DNA from: Glycera tridactyla
Taxonomy: Eukaryota
Length of the DNA stretch: 64,000 bases
Direction: 5' to 3'
Assembly (NCBI GenBank): GCA_965644265.1
Contig: OZ286470.1
Location: 8,990,001-9,054,000, forward strand
Of the stretch, positions 27,200 through 41,000 are shown one piece after another (position 1 is the stretch's first letter; each line of letters begins with the position of its first letter). The notes below the pieces were generated by a model. That model was not told the DNA's origin. It was given only the letters and a program-made list of their open reading frames with translations, and did not search any database. The position numbers were made by a program, and so were the translations under genes.

Positions 27200-27560
27200 G
27201 TTAAGTTCATCAGGTTTAAGCAAGATTTGTAGAGGTGTGACTGAACTGTCAGCCACTTCTACTTGAGAAAACATTCTGGTCTCGATAACCTCATGCCAAT
27301 AAGTTATATAGTGAGATTTGCTATCATTACACTCATTGGGTTTATGTCAGGTTTGTAGAGGTGGGTTTGAACTGTCAGCTTCTTCCACTACCAGACAACC
27401 TTCGTGGTTCCTCATCATCATGTACTGAGCAGTGTTCATGTCATTGTTGGGTCCATCAGGCTTATTTGAGGTATGAAGAGGTGTTTCTGAACTGTCAGCT
27501 ACGTCAAGTAGAATATGTCCTGGGATTGTCTCAAGAATGCCTGCAGAGGATATCACATGC
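27200..27560 (+). mobile_element. Three tandem fragments of repeat family B
   Basis: GTAGAGGTG..GAACTGTCAGC core occurs at ~27230, ~27355 and ~27475. Confidence 0.75.
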
Positions 27561-28129
27561 ACCTCCTTTAAATGAAGAACACATGATGCAGGGTTGCATC
27601 CAGAGGGGGGCATGGGGGCATTTGATGCATTTCATCAACTGTGGACCCCTTTTCAACGCAATCAGGGGCCACAATGGCCCCCTAAATCAACAAGAGGCTC
27701 CACTTTTTTCATACTAAGTTAACCCACTTTGAGAAATGTTATGAAGAAATGCCCCCTTTTCTTAAATTTGAGGGGACAAATGCCCCCAATTTTGGAAATT
27801 CTGAATGCAACCCTGCACATGACACACATAATTCTTCGGGTTGATAAATGCTGTCACACTCCAAACAATCAGTATCAATCATTTGAAACTGAATTGCAGT
27901 GAAGAAGATCAGTAAGCATCATGGCCATCCACATGTTTATTTGAATTTTTGTGGCAGCCACAATTGATGATTTTAGTGCTGCATGAATAGGTCTTTTTGA
28001 ATTACAATAGCTAGGAGCATTGTTTGACTAACACTAGCATTTATCATATAGATGATTTTTCATGATCAATCAGTGGCTGCTGGTAGCAGATATTGTCATT
28101 ATGCAAAAAGCAGGTACCAGGCACACCAA

Positions 28130-28420
28130 GGGCTGCAGCTAGGTTTACCAGGTTGTGTGATTGACATCGTACTGCAAGTATAGGGCACAAGGGTAGACCT
28201 TTTGTATCCTTTCTTCAGCTGATGGCAAAATGTGCTCGAGTGGCATCGTCATGTGATCTTGTTTTTGGGATGGTCTCATGTGACGGTTGGATCACTACCC
28301 GATATATTGGCCGGAGGTTGTGGCAGCCCCGGTCCTTGTTGAGCACTGTTTCTTCTTTGGCAGTATAGATATCCTGGCTACTAAACAGATCAATCAGTGA
28401 CCTAGTTGGCTCTCCATATC
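28130..28420 (-). mobile_element. Degenerate 3' end of a Penelope-like element (GIY-YIG remnant)
   Basis: Minus frame from 28418 reads YGEPTRSL...QDIYTAKEETVLNKDRGCHNLRPIY, resembling the PLE motifs YIGETxRSL and AIYIRxxxPxLNRDxGxxxLxxIY; followed by CTGAAGAAAG. Confidence 0.5.
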
Positions 28421-31400
28421 ATCGAAAGCATGCAAATAGTTCTCATATTATTTATTGATATATCATTTTGTGAAAAGTGGTGCCCTCAATTGTGTCTTCG
28501 ATGATGAGATTGTGTATATACAGAGCATCTTTTGAGAAGAGCTGATGAAGTGTGGCTGAGCACGGTATTTACATACTGGCAGTTGTTGACCCGGTCAACA
28601 CGGTCGCATCTGTGATTGAGCCCGTCATTTATGTCGGCCAAGCACCACTTGTGGATATGTACAGGGGCAACTAGTCGTGTTAACGCCAGCGCTTTCAGAG
28701 GACGGGAGGATAACCGTCGAGCGGAGATGAGTACCGACGCATGTTCGCACCTCAGGAAGACAACAAGAGGAAGTCAGCCGCTGCTTGGCCATGCCTACTG
28801 CTTGCCTACTTCCTGTTCAGGTTACACCTGCCAATTTCTCACCTCCATTAACTCTCATCAAAGCTGGGGAAATGCCGTGTGAAATGAAAGCACAATTGTG
28901 CAGGAAGACCCAATTCTTTCTTGTTCTTTCCTTATTTACTAGTACCGTATGACATTATTGTTGGCTCATTTTAGATTTTTAAAATGTGTAATTTCAGGTG
29001 GAAATTCTTGATTGACATGGTTGCCATGAGTAGTGATGGCATAAAGAATCACTATTACACAACCGCAAAGAATAAGGTACCCATTCTGATCAAGCAAATG
29101 CATGCATGAGAGAGGAGGGCTGAAAACCCAACTGATAGAGAAAATTACATGTCACTTGGATTAGACCTCTTTTAACCCTATATATGCCCTAGTGGAGGCT
29201 CAGTGACCCCGGTGACCTTGTGTAAGCCTTATGAGTAAATTCCATGTTCACAGGGTAACACCATGGATAACTGTTCCAATAAGAAAAATGACTCTTTCAG
29301 CGTCAGTGAATTTCACGAATGTTCACCATTTGTTGGGTACCTGGGAAGAAGAGCCTTGAATGATCACACCCATGCCCATTGCATGGGTGTCACAATATTG
29401 CACATGTGGTGCTGATATGCTGCTAAACCACAATTAACCAACCAACCAGCCCATCTATATATGAACTGACAGTAGCACTGGGAAGACCAGGCTAGGAGGA
29501 TGTTACTGGGCTAAAATAAAATATTTCAGTCAATACAGTCAAAATAAACAAACAAACAGAATTCACATCGGCACCAAGCCAGAGACTTACTTAGCCCAAT
29601 GCTGCTGGTTCTCTGCCCGAGTCACCGAGTGCAACTCTTTCCTAAAATCTGCCAATGATTTACCCTGAGTTCACCAAGTAGATATGCCATCCTCTGGAAA
29701 CATTTATGAACATGATGATGGGAAGGGTGAACCAAGCATAATGTAAGATTTGATGAAAACAAAATGTTGTGGGGGGCTGGAAAAAATATAGGCTCCAGTC
29801 TGTCAGCCCCCCCCCCCCATTATATTGTAAATGATCAACACTGCATGCAACTTTCATGAGGCCCAGGGATTCCCAATTACTGGAGATATATGAATTTTGG
29901 GGCACATTGATACAGTTTTGATGTGCCATTTAGCATTTTGATGTGCTCCTTTGGTCAAAGTATGCTGACTTGAACATCTCATATATCATTTTGCTTTTTC
30001 CAACTACATATGCCTTCGAGCAAAGGTTTTGGGAGGATGAGGTATATTGGAGTCACTCTGTTGGTCGGTCAGTCGATTGACCTGTGAACTACTTCCACAT
30101 TTCTTTAGACTACAGGATTGAAACTGAATGTTTGTCATCATCATGAAGTGTAGAGGTACAAGACCTAATTTCCATGCCAATTGATCCACACATTCTGGAG
30201 TTATTTGAGAGAAAAAAATGCATCTGTGTGTTCAGAATTTTTTGAGACAGCCGGAATTGACCAGGCCCATTTACTCTGTCGGTATTTTGTAAGGCCTTGC
30301 AATAATGTACATAATTTTCCTTGGCTGTGCTTTCATTGTTGTGTAACATTTTCCAATGATATTAAGGTTCTTATTTGTGTTATGTAAGACTTCTCAGTAA
30401 TGTATGACTATTTGTGAGTCCTTATTATGAGGGTGGTTGATTTCATCCACTCCTTTGTTCTCTCCACAAGTTGAATGTTGAAAAATGAACAAATTGACCG
30501 CAAAAACTTTCAATAAGCCATGTATCAGTGTGATCAGTTACACTGTTGGATTTTCATTACATGCCGATGCTTGATGCATGTTTTCTTCTCCTTCTTGAAT
30601 GCTAACCAACTCCTGTTACTGGATTTAATCAAATTCTTTTCTCTCCATATTACTAGCTTAAAATCCTGAGGTGTCTGATTGAAATGTATCGTGATTGCAA
30701 TTTACTGGGCTCCCTTTCAAGACCGTCCCTCTTCGATAGGTCTGTTTGCTTGAGAATGGAGATCTGAATTCCCTGTATTCATTCGATATTTCTGACCACA
30801 AAAATACCACAAAATTCAGTGGGATCATGGAAAATTCCGGTCCCAATAATCAGAGATGCTGGTGATGTAATGAAGTTTGAAAATTCGAAATCTGACTGAT
30901 TAAACATCATTCCATAGTTGCATCGATGATGAGTTCAAAATGTTGATAAATGTCTGTTTTATCACAAAGAAAGAGATTCACTTGATGAAAAATATCTTGC
31001 GGGCAAGATATGATTTGCCGGACACAAAAGAGAGGGCCACTAGTGTTGTAACAGAGATACACAAATTACAGAGATACACGAATTACTTACAACACTTTTG
31101 ATCTCAGAAATTTCACGAATGGAGGGATTGTCACCTTTAGAGACAGTACCTCAGTTATAAGAACAAATCAACACCCACCTACACCAATCCACAATCACTC
31201 CCTCCGATACGAGTGTGCATTCATCCACCTACACTAATTCTGACAATGATCTCTTCATTAAGATAACAGATGATGAAGATCATATTTCGGACCCTGAGAT
31301 GAATACGATTGAATTGTACTGGTAAAGTCTGTGGGAAGCCATCTTGAGTGGTTAATCCGTCCCTTTATTGATTATTGAATCAATTGCGGTTGATTGGGAT

Positions 31401-31675
31401 CAGTGGCTGACAGGATGATGCTGGCGGGATTACTTGATAAGTCCTGTCATGTTGGAGTGGATTAAACCGCTAATTACCAGACAGAATTCGTTCATTAACA
31501 TGACGAGACAGCTTGATGCGATCAGAACATTGAATGTCAAATTCATATTGCCTGCACACCGAAATTTTTTTGAAGCTAGCATAGGTGGTGTCAGTTAACA
31601 TGGTTCCAAAATCCAACTTGGTATGAAGAAGACTAAATTTGCTTATAAGGAATGATTGTTGAAACAATTTCGATG

Positions 31676-31767
31676 ACTTCCGGCTCCACCTAGGAGTCTT
31701 GATCACGTGATATTACATGCCATCCAAAATGTCGACAAAATCGTTTCAACAATAATCAACAGTAAGC
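31676..31767 (+). promoter_or_regulatory. Promoter/first-exon-like cluster
   Basis: ETS ACTTCCGG (31676), E-box TCACGTGA (31703), YY1/initiator-like CAAAATGTCG (31725), then a donor-like ACA|GTAAGC at 31762. Confidence 0.4.
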
Positions 31768-33224
31768 AAATTTTGTATTCTTCATGACTCGGCTTGGAAC
31801 CAGGAAGAATGTCGTTTCTACCCACTTGGTATGTTTTTATGTCATCCACAATATTTCTCAGTCTCCATTTCTCATTGGATTATGAATTCAATTGCATCAC
31901 TGGATTGTATAACATCTCCGATGATCATCAAACCTATTTTCAGATAGCTTGCCTGGTTCTGAAAATGTGTTCGCACTGCGGCCTCGGGACTTCCAGCGGC
32001 TGTCGTTGCACCTGGTTGGGAAAAATGCTGATCACACGCGGCCAGTACTTCTTACTATAATCCCACCCATGTCCTTTGCATTTGTCTCACAATATTGATG
32101 TGATGTTTGTATCCAACCACAAATAATCAACAGAATTTTTTTTCAAAAATTTAGTAGAAACTACGACAATCCTACATATAGTTTTATTACACTCAAGTCT
32201 TAGCAAAATGGGTCATATCAGTCACAATCACTCATTATCACTCATCAGTCATCCTCATTTTGTTATCATTTGTATATATCATCTGCATCTGCTCATCTGT
32301 TAGATTTGACTAATTGACCTGTTTTTCCTACGTCGTCATCTTGAAAACGAATGCACTGTATGCAATCGTTATGACGGATAGAAATAATAATAATTGAGTC
32401 GAATTGAATTGAACAGAAATTGTGATGAATAGTTCTCCTCACACGCGGCTGCTTTTTGACAAGAATTCCTCACAATTTCATGGCATTCCTCAATCAAATC
32501 TCCGGATATTGTTGGTCACGAAAAGAGCACAAAAAATCCAATGAGATGCCATGCTCATAATCTGTGCATGAAATTGGTGCTGGAAATGACAGAACTGAGC
32601 AATACAACTTCTATTAGAACCCATCATGATCTGACATCAGCTCTCAGCACGAAATGTGTTGGAAATTGAAGGCATTTGTTGTATGAGGTGATGGTATCAG
32701 TGCAAGTCATCAAGATCACATTCTTAATCACACGGTTGTCAGCATGAACTGCCAACACGTCACCACCGAGTACCGTATATTGACAAATATACACGCGAAG
32801 GTGCAGGCGAGTGCTGTGGGCTTCTATTTGGAACTGATTATAAGGGAAAACTTATCACAATTTTGTCATAAATGTGATGTAAACACTCTCTGAATCAATG
32901 AATAATGATGGCAGCCTTTCGTCTTCCCGGTATCGACACATGTTCTGTGGTCATCGCTGGTAGCCTTGATGACTAAGGAGGAGATGCATGTAAAATTTAT
33001 ATGAATGTATATGTGGCAATATACAGAACAACATGTATCCTTCCTGTTTTCCCATCTGTAAATGAGTATATTGAAAATGAGTCGAAATCAAAATGACAGA
33101 CTTTTTTGACATCTCTGGTGATTGGAAAGTTGATATTGATAAAGTACACTCGTATTTTACCTCAGTGCACAAACTATGTCAATTTCACCGTACTTTATTA
33201 GAAGGCAGGTGCAGGTCATATCCT

Positions 33225-33585
33225 CATTCTTCCATGTTAAGGTTCAACATGTTCATATTAGATAGTTAGAGGTGTGTCTGGACTGTCAGCTATTTTAATT
33301 TGACACTTTCCTGGACAGAACATCTGGGTTGATACGTACCACAAAAAATCAAACAAACAAATCAATCAGTGTACTGATGTAGGTATTTCATGAAAACTCA
33401 AGATGGCATTGAAAGTTTTAGAAGCTTGACAACCTTTCTGCCTCTGTATCACCTTGTGTTCAGGGTTTGTGAGAGTGGTGTCTGCAGGGGAGAGAACATC
33501 TAGCTTTCATTGACCCGGAACGCACGACATACATAATCCTCTTGATTGATACAATCTGTTAAACATCAGACAATAAATCAATCAC
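33225..33585 (+). mobile_element. Repeat family B: an internally deleted copy plus a second 3' half
   Basis: Two 3' ends: ...GGGTTGATAC..(AAAC/AATC)n at ~33330-33370 and ...GATACAATCTGTTAAACATCAGAC at ~33545-33580. Confidence 0.8.
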
Positions 33586-34229
33586 CATTCTTCTAGCAGA
33601 GTTTTCAATAAAATGAGAATTCAATAAAATGAGAACACATTTCTCAGAGCATGCAAGTTATCTGAAAATAGGGTTGATGATCATCGGGGCTGTTATACAA
33701 TCCAGTTATGCAACTAAATTCATAATCCAATGAGAAATGGAGACTGAGCATGTGAAATGTATCCATTTCATTTGTAATCAACAGACTATAGGGTTTCGAT
33801 TCAATGCTTCATCATCACTGTAGAATACGAATATAACCGCAGGATTTCAACTCGGTAGTTACGAGAGTTAAGTAATTTCGATTAATGCGTATTGAAATAT
33901 AATATGTCATCGCTTATCATATTAGATTTTAGTGATGAATGTTATTGGTAATTTCAATTATGTCAGATATATATCAGGACATGTGTTGTCATGGTAATGT
34001 TCTACTGACTTTGTGATATTTCAGTTTCAAATATGCATGGCTTGATTACATCATCTATTCACCGAAAATTCCTGAAATCGTTCGATTTCAGATATGTGAC
34101 ATGTTCATTTTATTCTCTCAGATTTTCTGGGATGAAATTAAATTGAACCAGAAATACCACAAGGTTAATTTTTGTGTCTGTTGCTTTGTTGTAGGTGAGG
34201 GAAATATGCAACCCAGTGGAGACTGGTAG

Positions 34230-34555
34230 GGATCATCTGAGTTTCAAGTACTGTGCTTTGCTCAGAATGAAGTTTTGCTATCAGTCTTGAGTGTCAGTGT
34301 CTAGAAAATCACATAGTCAGATATGCCATGTTACGGTTCACCATGTTCATGATATAGTTAGAGGTGTGTCTAAATTGTCAACCACTTCCACTTGACAATC
34401 TTTCGGGTTACCCATCACTTTGTGTCCAGGTTTGTGAGAGTGATGTCTGAAGGGGAGAGAACATCTGACTCTCATTGACCATGAACACACAGCATATGTA
34501 ATCTTCTTGGTTGATACATGATGTTAAACATTATTCATAGACAAAACAAGCAGCC
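34230..34555 (+). mobile_element. Repeat family B, longest copy
   Basis: Aligns with the 14660-14745, 15700-15915 and 41530-41820 copies; ends GGTTGATACATGATGTTAAAC plus an A-rich tail. Confidence 0.8.
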
Positions 34556-35229
34556 TGCAACCATACATTCATTATTTAATTAACCAATAATGTGATTCTT
34601 TGAGTCAGAACTGTCATGAATGTGTCATATCAGCATATGTCAATGGGCTGATCAGCTATTAGCACTAAATCTGTATTTTTGTCGTCGTGATTTCGGGCAT
34701 TTCTGTTGAATTCTCATTGGGTCATTAACAACCTCGAATGATGTTTCTCAAACAAATTTAAGCATTTTATCTTTTGGAGAATGATCTGCGAAAAATAAGC
34801 ATCAGAAAAAGGGCGGAACGACTGTAGTTTAAGAGTACTGACACAGTCTTTGGTCACAAATGTTATGCCAGAGCCACTGGGATCTTATGTTATGTCTCCC
34901 CTGTGAAATATGTGCCAGTGGGTGAGCCTAGTGGCAGAGCCAGGGCCAGGAAGTCCATGGAGGTCAGTCAGGTTGATCAGTTATTTATGAGGTATCAATC
35001 ATTGTGGCGGGTAACATAGTGGCGGGTGGCCAGCAATTATTTATGTAGCGGCATATTGTGGAGGCCTACCTGTGTGTATTACTCCCCTCAGACTCAACCA
35101 TCATCACTGCTAACACCGCCGCCTGACTTCTCTCTAAATCAACTTGTATCTATATTGATAAGCCTTTCCGTGGACTCCCACCACTGCCATTTGCTAAGTA
35201 ACATTTTTACCAAGCAAAGACAAAATCAT

Positions 35230-35430
35230 GTTGAGTAGGTAGAGGTGTGTCTGAACTGTCAGCTACTTTTACTTTACAACCTTTCAAGTTCCCCATCATC
35301 ATGTGTCCAGGGTTTGTGAGAGATATGTCTGAGAGGGAGAGGACATCTAGCTTCCATTAACCAAGAACACATGGCATACATAACCCAGGGTTGATACATG
35401 CGGTTAAACCACAGACGGACAAACAAATCC
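35230..35430 (+). mobile_element. Repeat family B, 5'-truncated copy (another at ~36230-36350)
   Basis: Core plus GGTTGATACATGCGGTTAAACC(ACAG/ACGG/AAAC) tail. Confidence 0.8.
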
Positions 35431-37898
35431 GAGACAAAATTTGCCGTCTTTGAGTATATCTCATATCACTCACCTCAGTCTTATCAATGATTGCAAGATT
35501 GAAATAAATTTAAATAACGCATAGTAGATAAGATGAAGGAGATATTATATTGAACTTTCGCTAATTGGAGAATATGTGAGGGAAAGAGGCTGTCCCGGAT
35601 GGTCATTTTGACATCACTCTCCTTGGTCCTACAAAATTATAATATGATCATTGCTGAATGATTTGTCATTGATGAATGACTATTTTATGTGCTGATAAGG
35701 TTCCTTGGAAACAATGTGTTGATGCAAATGTAAGCTTTGATACTCTGATATCGGAGTTACTCGCGGACTGAGAGTGTCTGTGAGCATTGTATTGATTCTT
35801 CAATTCCATATTTTGTACTCGCTCAAGAGCTTGTCATGCCCAATGGAATGGAGGTGCATTGTTGTTGTCAACAGTTGATTCAATTTGGTCATCCGGCTAA
35901 GAGCTGCCGTGAGTGATTTGTGGACCAGAGACAGCATCATGCAACAGAAGGTGGCAAAGTCATGATTGTTGGTGGCTCCGCCGTGCCGCCCGCATTCACC
36001 GCCATGCCTCGCCTGACATTCATCATTGTAGAGGTTGCCGTGGCAATTTATTATGTTCATGTCTCACTTGCCGCCGAGTCCATTAGGTCGGCAGTCATTT
36101 TTCCGCTTTGAATAGGTGTAGGTATACAAAGAAAACCATTACATGTGAAAGGTGCCTCATGCGTTCTGGATCAACCTATAGTCCAGTGTATCGGTCAGAT
36201 TTACATGCATGGTTTGTGATGTTTTCAGAATCATGCAATCTTTGTGTTGAGGGTTCATGAGAGTGATGTCTGCAGGGTCTTACTGAATCTGAAACTTTTG
36301 GAGATCAGGAACACATGGAATACATGATCCTTTGGGTTGATACCTGCTGGTAAACTTTTGGTTCTGTTGATGACTAACATCTCACTGGCACCATAGAGGT
36401 GCTTTGATAGAATGCATGTTCAAAGTCTTTGAGGTAGCTATACTGAGCGCCCTGGAACATCTCTCTTACAGATATCGGTGAATTGATACTTACTCCCAGA
36501 TACCACAATAATTTTGGTTAAAAATAGCTGGTTGTTCCTACATGCTTGTATGAGCTCTATCTGCCTGGAAAAGAACTGACAATAGCTCCCCAAAACACCC
36601 CAGATAAAATTTTGTGAAGAGGTTGTCTACTGTAGTAAAGACCATCATGATCACAGCTTAGGGTGGCATTTGTATGTGGCCTTTGTATAGAGGTGGTCTT
36701 TTGAGCGGGTCAGACAATATTTCAGAGAAAAATGATTCCGGTTGCAATAGAGGGTGGGACGATGGTGGCGGAGGTGGGGGCAACCAATTTGTATGTAACC
36801 TATGCTTTGTCCTGGTCATGTGGCGTAATGTGGATCAGGGGATCAATACTCTTTGATCATCCGACACCATCTGCCAATCTCAATCACCATCACAAATTCA
36901 GTAACATGGCTACCTGTCAAGAGTAACCTACTTACCTTCACTTCAATTTCTCACTCAACTGCCATGTTACGTAATGTTGAGCAATGTTATCACTTGAATG
37001 GGTGACCTAGCTTAGCCCGAACAAGTATCTAAGATTTGATATGTACCTGCACCTGTACATAGATCATGTGTGAAATAAGCGAATTCTTCATTTATTCACT
37101 CCGTCACTCAACCTGGGTGTGATTATATGACAGGCTGTGGAGGCAGTCATTAGGTGTCTACCAAAGGCATGCTCTGAGATGCCCTTTCATCAACGAATAG
37201 AAATTCAGCCTCAAAAGTAAATTGTAGATTCTTTATTTTATAACGAATAGAAAAAGTACAGTTGGCTGTCAAAAAGATGAGCTTCCGGAGAAAGAGTACA
37301 GTGAACCTGCAACAAGATACCACCTCTGATGGAGAGTGATTTTCATAGTAGCACAAGAGACCACCTGTTATGAGAGACCCCCATTTTGATGAGATTTAGG
37401 GTGGTCTCTTGTCAGAGGTTTCACTGTACACGATCTGTCGGTGATCTGCTATGTGTCAGCATGTCAGCGTATGCGAGCTGGATCCACATTTTATCAGCAT
37501 ATAGTAGCCGTATCATATTATGATTTTTTCTATATCCGGGACACCAACTGTATTATGAGAGGTTGGATATTTAAAAATATATTGCTAATATATGAGTTGA
37601 TAAATTCCTTGAGCCTCGATGAAGAATTTGATCTCACCCCTATCTATCATGCTCGTTGCATTGTGCACTATGATGATGGTTAGCAAGGCATGACAACTTT
37701 TTTTGGGCTGATGAGACTGGCACCAAATACTGCTTTGTCTTCTGAGATAATACCATGATTGATATATCGTATATAGAGTAAATTCATACAGCATATATAT
37801 CCAGTTGAATCTGTATTCAGCAGTAAGCCTTGGGAAGCCAACAAGTGGTTACTTGAGAAATCAAAATTTGGCTGCACAAGACAGGTGGTTGCTGAATA

Positions 37899-38075
37899 CA
37901 GTGAATCCTGGGACGAGAGACCACCCTAAACGTCACCAAAAAGTGGTCTCTCAAAAGAGGTGGTCTCTCGTAGGAGGCATATTTGACTATGGTAAATAGA
38001 GGAACTGCCCTGGAAAAGCAGTCTCCCGTCGGAGGTGGTCTCTTGTCGGGGGGTCTCTTGTCGCAGGTTTCACTG
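37899..38075. mobile_element. MITE family A copy nested in the TA of a related MITE (~37805-38100)
   Basis: GCTGAA-TA|CAGTGAATCCTG...CAGGTTTCACTG|TA-CAGTGGTTGCC; another family A copy lies at 37299-37426. Confidence 0.85.
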
Positions 38076-41000
38076 TACAGTGGTTGCCTACTACAGGTTC
38101 CAGTATATACCAGTTTATAGAATATTCTCCATTTCTCACAATAATGGTAATAGAAATGATGATGATGTTTCTGATAACCAATCTATGTTGATGAAGGTGA
38201 AACATGTAAGCATCTTTTGGTGTGGTACTACTCATGATACGTGAATTTTGTTAATGATGACAAGAACAATAATTGCAACGACAATGTCAGTGATGGTAAT
38301 GTAAAAGATGGTGCTGTTCCTGATGTGAACATTGATGGCTTTTTGAGTTTAGCTTTTGTAGGAGGGAGACCCCAGATTAGAGAATAGTCATAAGACCCCA
38401 GATTAGAAAATAGTCACTGTATATACTGGCGTATAACTCATTTATTTTTTACAAGCTGAAAACAAGGGGGTCAACTTATATGCCAGACAAACTTTTAGTA
38501 AAAGTTTTACTGGGACAAGACTGATGCTGAAAGTGATCTTTTTCACAACTTCCAATTGCTTTCTAAGTGCCCAAAATACAGCCGGTTGTCAATAAATAGT
38601 ACCAAATGTGCGAATAGTGTCCCTACTTGCATGTTTCATAATTGTTTTAAGAGAAAATCCCGGCATTTCTGCAAATAACACTGATAAAAGTGGTGAAAAC
38701 ACTTGGCAGGTACGACCATCCGAGTGTTTCGCCATTTTGAACCTCATTGGATCACATGATCAGGAATGAGAAAAAAATTAATTTGCATAATTTATCTTGT
38801 TTTTGATACAACCAGGAGCTTCTAGCCTCATGGCTAGACACAACAATGGCGCCCAGATCACTGTTAAATATGACAGCCTTTGTTTTTATCGCAGAATAGG
38901 CGATTATTCAGCATTGACACATAATTTCAGTTGCGGGAACCGCATCATCATGGATGGTACCTGTAAATAATTGAAGTATAAAGGCGCGATCGACCTAACA
39001 ATAGCCGGGGTAAGGTGCAAATTGGCTCCTTTACACGGTTGTCTTTGATCTGTCAGCTGTTGATGTATCACTTCACTTGTCGCTAATTGACTTGCTGAAA
39101 CTGATCACATATGAGTTTGATTGGCCCCTCTCCATGCCTTTGAAATTTGGCTTTTCTTTGATAATTTTCCCCGATATTCACTATTTGCCATGTCAAGTCT
39201 GAGCAAATCTATGAGAGACCATCTGTCTTTTAAGACAATATTTATGTGTTCTCTTATCTTGTCTTTTGTCACAATATTTTAACTTTGGTCGAACTCCAGG
39301 AGGCCTTCTTCTTGGTTGCTTGTGGCTAATTTTCCAGCTGCATTTTTATCGAAGGATTGCATTTTATATCTTTCACGAATTTAATGAAAGTAGATGCTTT
39401 TCTGATTTAATGAATTTATCGATAATACTGCGGCATAGTTCAGGATGCATTCCACTCCTCCAAGTGGATTTTCAGTAAATAGATGAATAGATAAAATGAC
39501 CTGTTCAATTTATGGCAATATAGTATGAGGACTAGTTGAAGGGTTGGGAAGCTGATGGCAGTTCTGTCAGGAGAGCAGGCGACCAGAGAGTGGGTGTTCT
39601 TCATGGTTAGCACGCATTCCTCGTCGTCCCACGAGACACCGCGTTCATTTAGGAATTGAGTTTACGGCAGCTGTACCGCCTGAAGTCGGTAGTTACACAC
39701 GGACTGATCCGCTTGGTTTTTATGTTCTCGTTGGATTAGAATAGATGTTTGACATGCATGCGCAACTCTCCGCGGAGATATTTTTTGAAGAGCGGTCCGT
39801 GGCAATTTTGCTGACATCTGCGCGCCTTGCCCATGTTGGTCACAGAGATACTGGGTTTTATCCATTGCATCTTCATATAGAGTGAGCAATATTTTTACCA
39901 GAATAGTTGTCTGGCATAGGGTTTTGAGTCAGAAATGGAGTACAGTCAAACATGTTGACAAATTGTCTCTCTCAACAGATTTCCTTCAAGATGAGATAAG
40001 ATGAACAAACTTTATTCACCCTTGGACATGAGATATATGCAAATGTGTAATTAGTCCTAGATGGACTTTCTCCAGAGAGATTGTACATTGAATACATTTC
40101 TAGAGTGGTCATGAATAAATTTTCAGAGTGGTCACGTCTCGGGATGGTCCTTATAGACAAGGTGACTGAGTGAAGCGATGGTCTCTTTGAAAGGGTGGAA
40201 GGTACAATGACATGCAATGATCAAGCTTCTCATGCAAGACCACCACAGGAGCCAAGAAAATAATGAATGATTAGCCAAATCATATCATTGTGAGTCCAAG
40301 GTGCCAGTCAAAATATCAACTTAGGAGTCTACTGCCTCCTAAATATTTTGGCTAGCAGAGAGTTGTAGCTATTTTTGGTGTTCGGTGCCATCCTTCGATT
40401 ACCACTGGTCATTGACGTTGTTAGAGAGGCCTTTCCTTCAGCGTCAGATCATGGATCCATCACCAGTCTTCAATGACCTGTGGATGATGTTACACAGGGA
40501 TCAAGAATTCTTTGATCTTGTCTGCACCACCGATCTTCTCTCCACGATTCTGATATGTTGCATGCCTGGAATTTCTGATCCGCATTTCATTGATGATCCA
40601 TCCATCTTAACCTTGGCATCAGTGTGATGAATATAGTAAGAAGTACAGGCCTCGGGACTCTCGGCGGCTGTCGTCGCAACTCGTTGGGAAAAACGTCGAT
40701 CACACCCGGCCAGTACTTCTTACTATTCTCTCTCGACTATATCACTGTATATTGGCTGATTATGACAAAGAAATTGAATGCGGGTGGCGTTCTTGTGATG
40801 TTAGCGTGTGAAGTTATGCGAGCATTGGGCCCATTCAGAATTCCACTGGGCGGTTTCTTGAAAAATCGTGAACTATCATTCCGTTCGACTGGAAGTGTTA
40901 CTCCACGATCGTGAACTAGTTACTGCTCGGAAAAAATCGGCTGTGAAGTAACTATTTTTCGTGAAGTACCAGTTAAATGGGCCCATAGACAGTTGGGCTT

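Noticed and set aside
28741-29076. Two-exon model MFAPQEDNKRKSAAAWPCLLLAYFLFR|WKFLIDMVAMSSDGIKNHYYTTAKNK with an L33-like HxYTTxKNK motif
   Set aside because: The hydrophobic part is a translated pyrimidine tract that looks more like an acceptor, the donors are weak, and the rest of ribosomal protein L33 is absent.
31299-31706. Long near-open frames on both strands; faint BEL/Pao integrase resemblance (VKFILP...FEASIGGV)
   Set aside because: Several stops, no recognisable DDE residues, and the strand cannot be decided; needs a database search.
34195-34225. Small + exon after a strong acceptor (TTGTAG|GTGAGG...GACTG|GTAGGG, MQPSGD)
   Set aside because: Plausible acceptor, but too short to assign, abuts a family B copy and cannot be linked to other exons.
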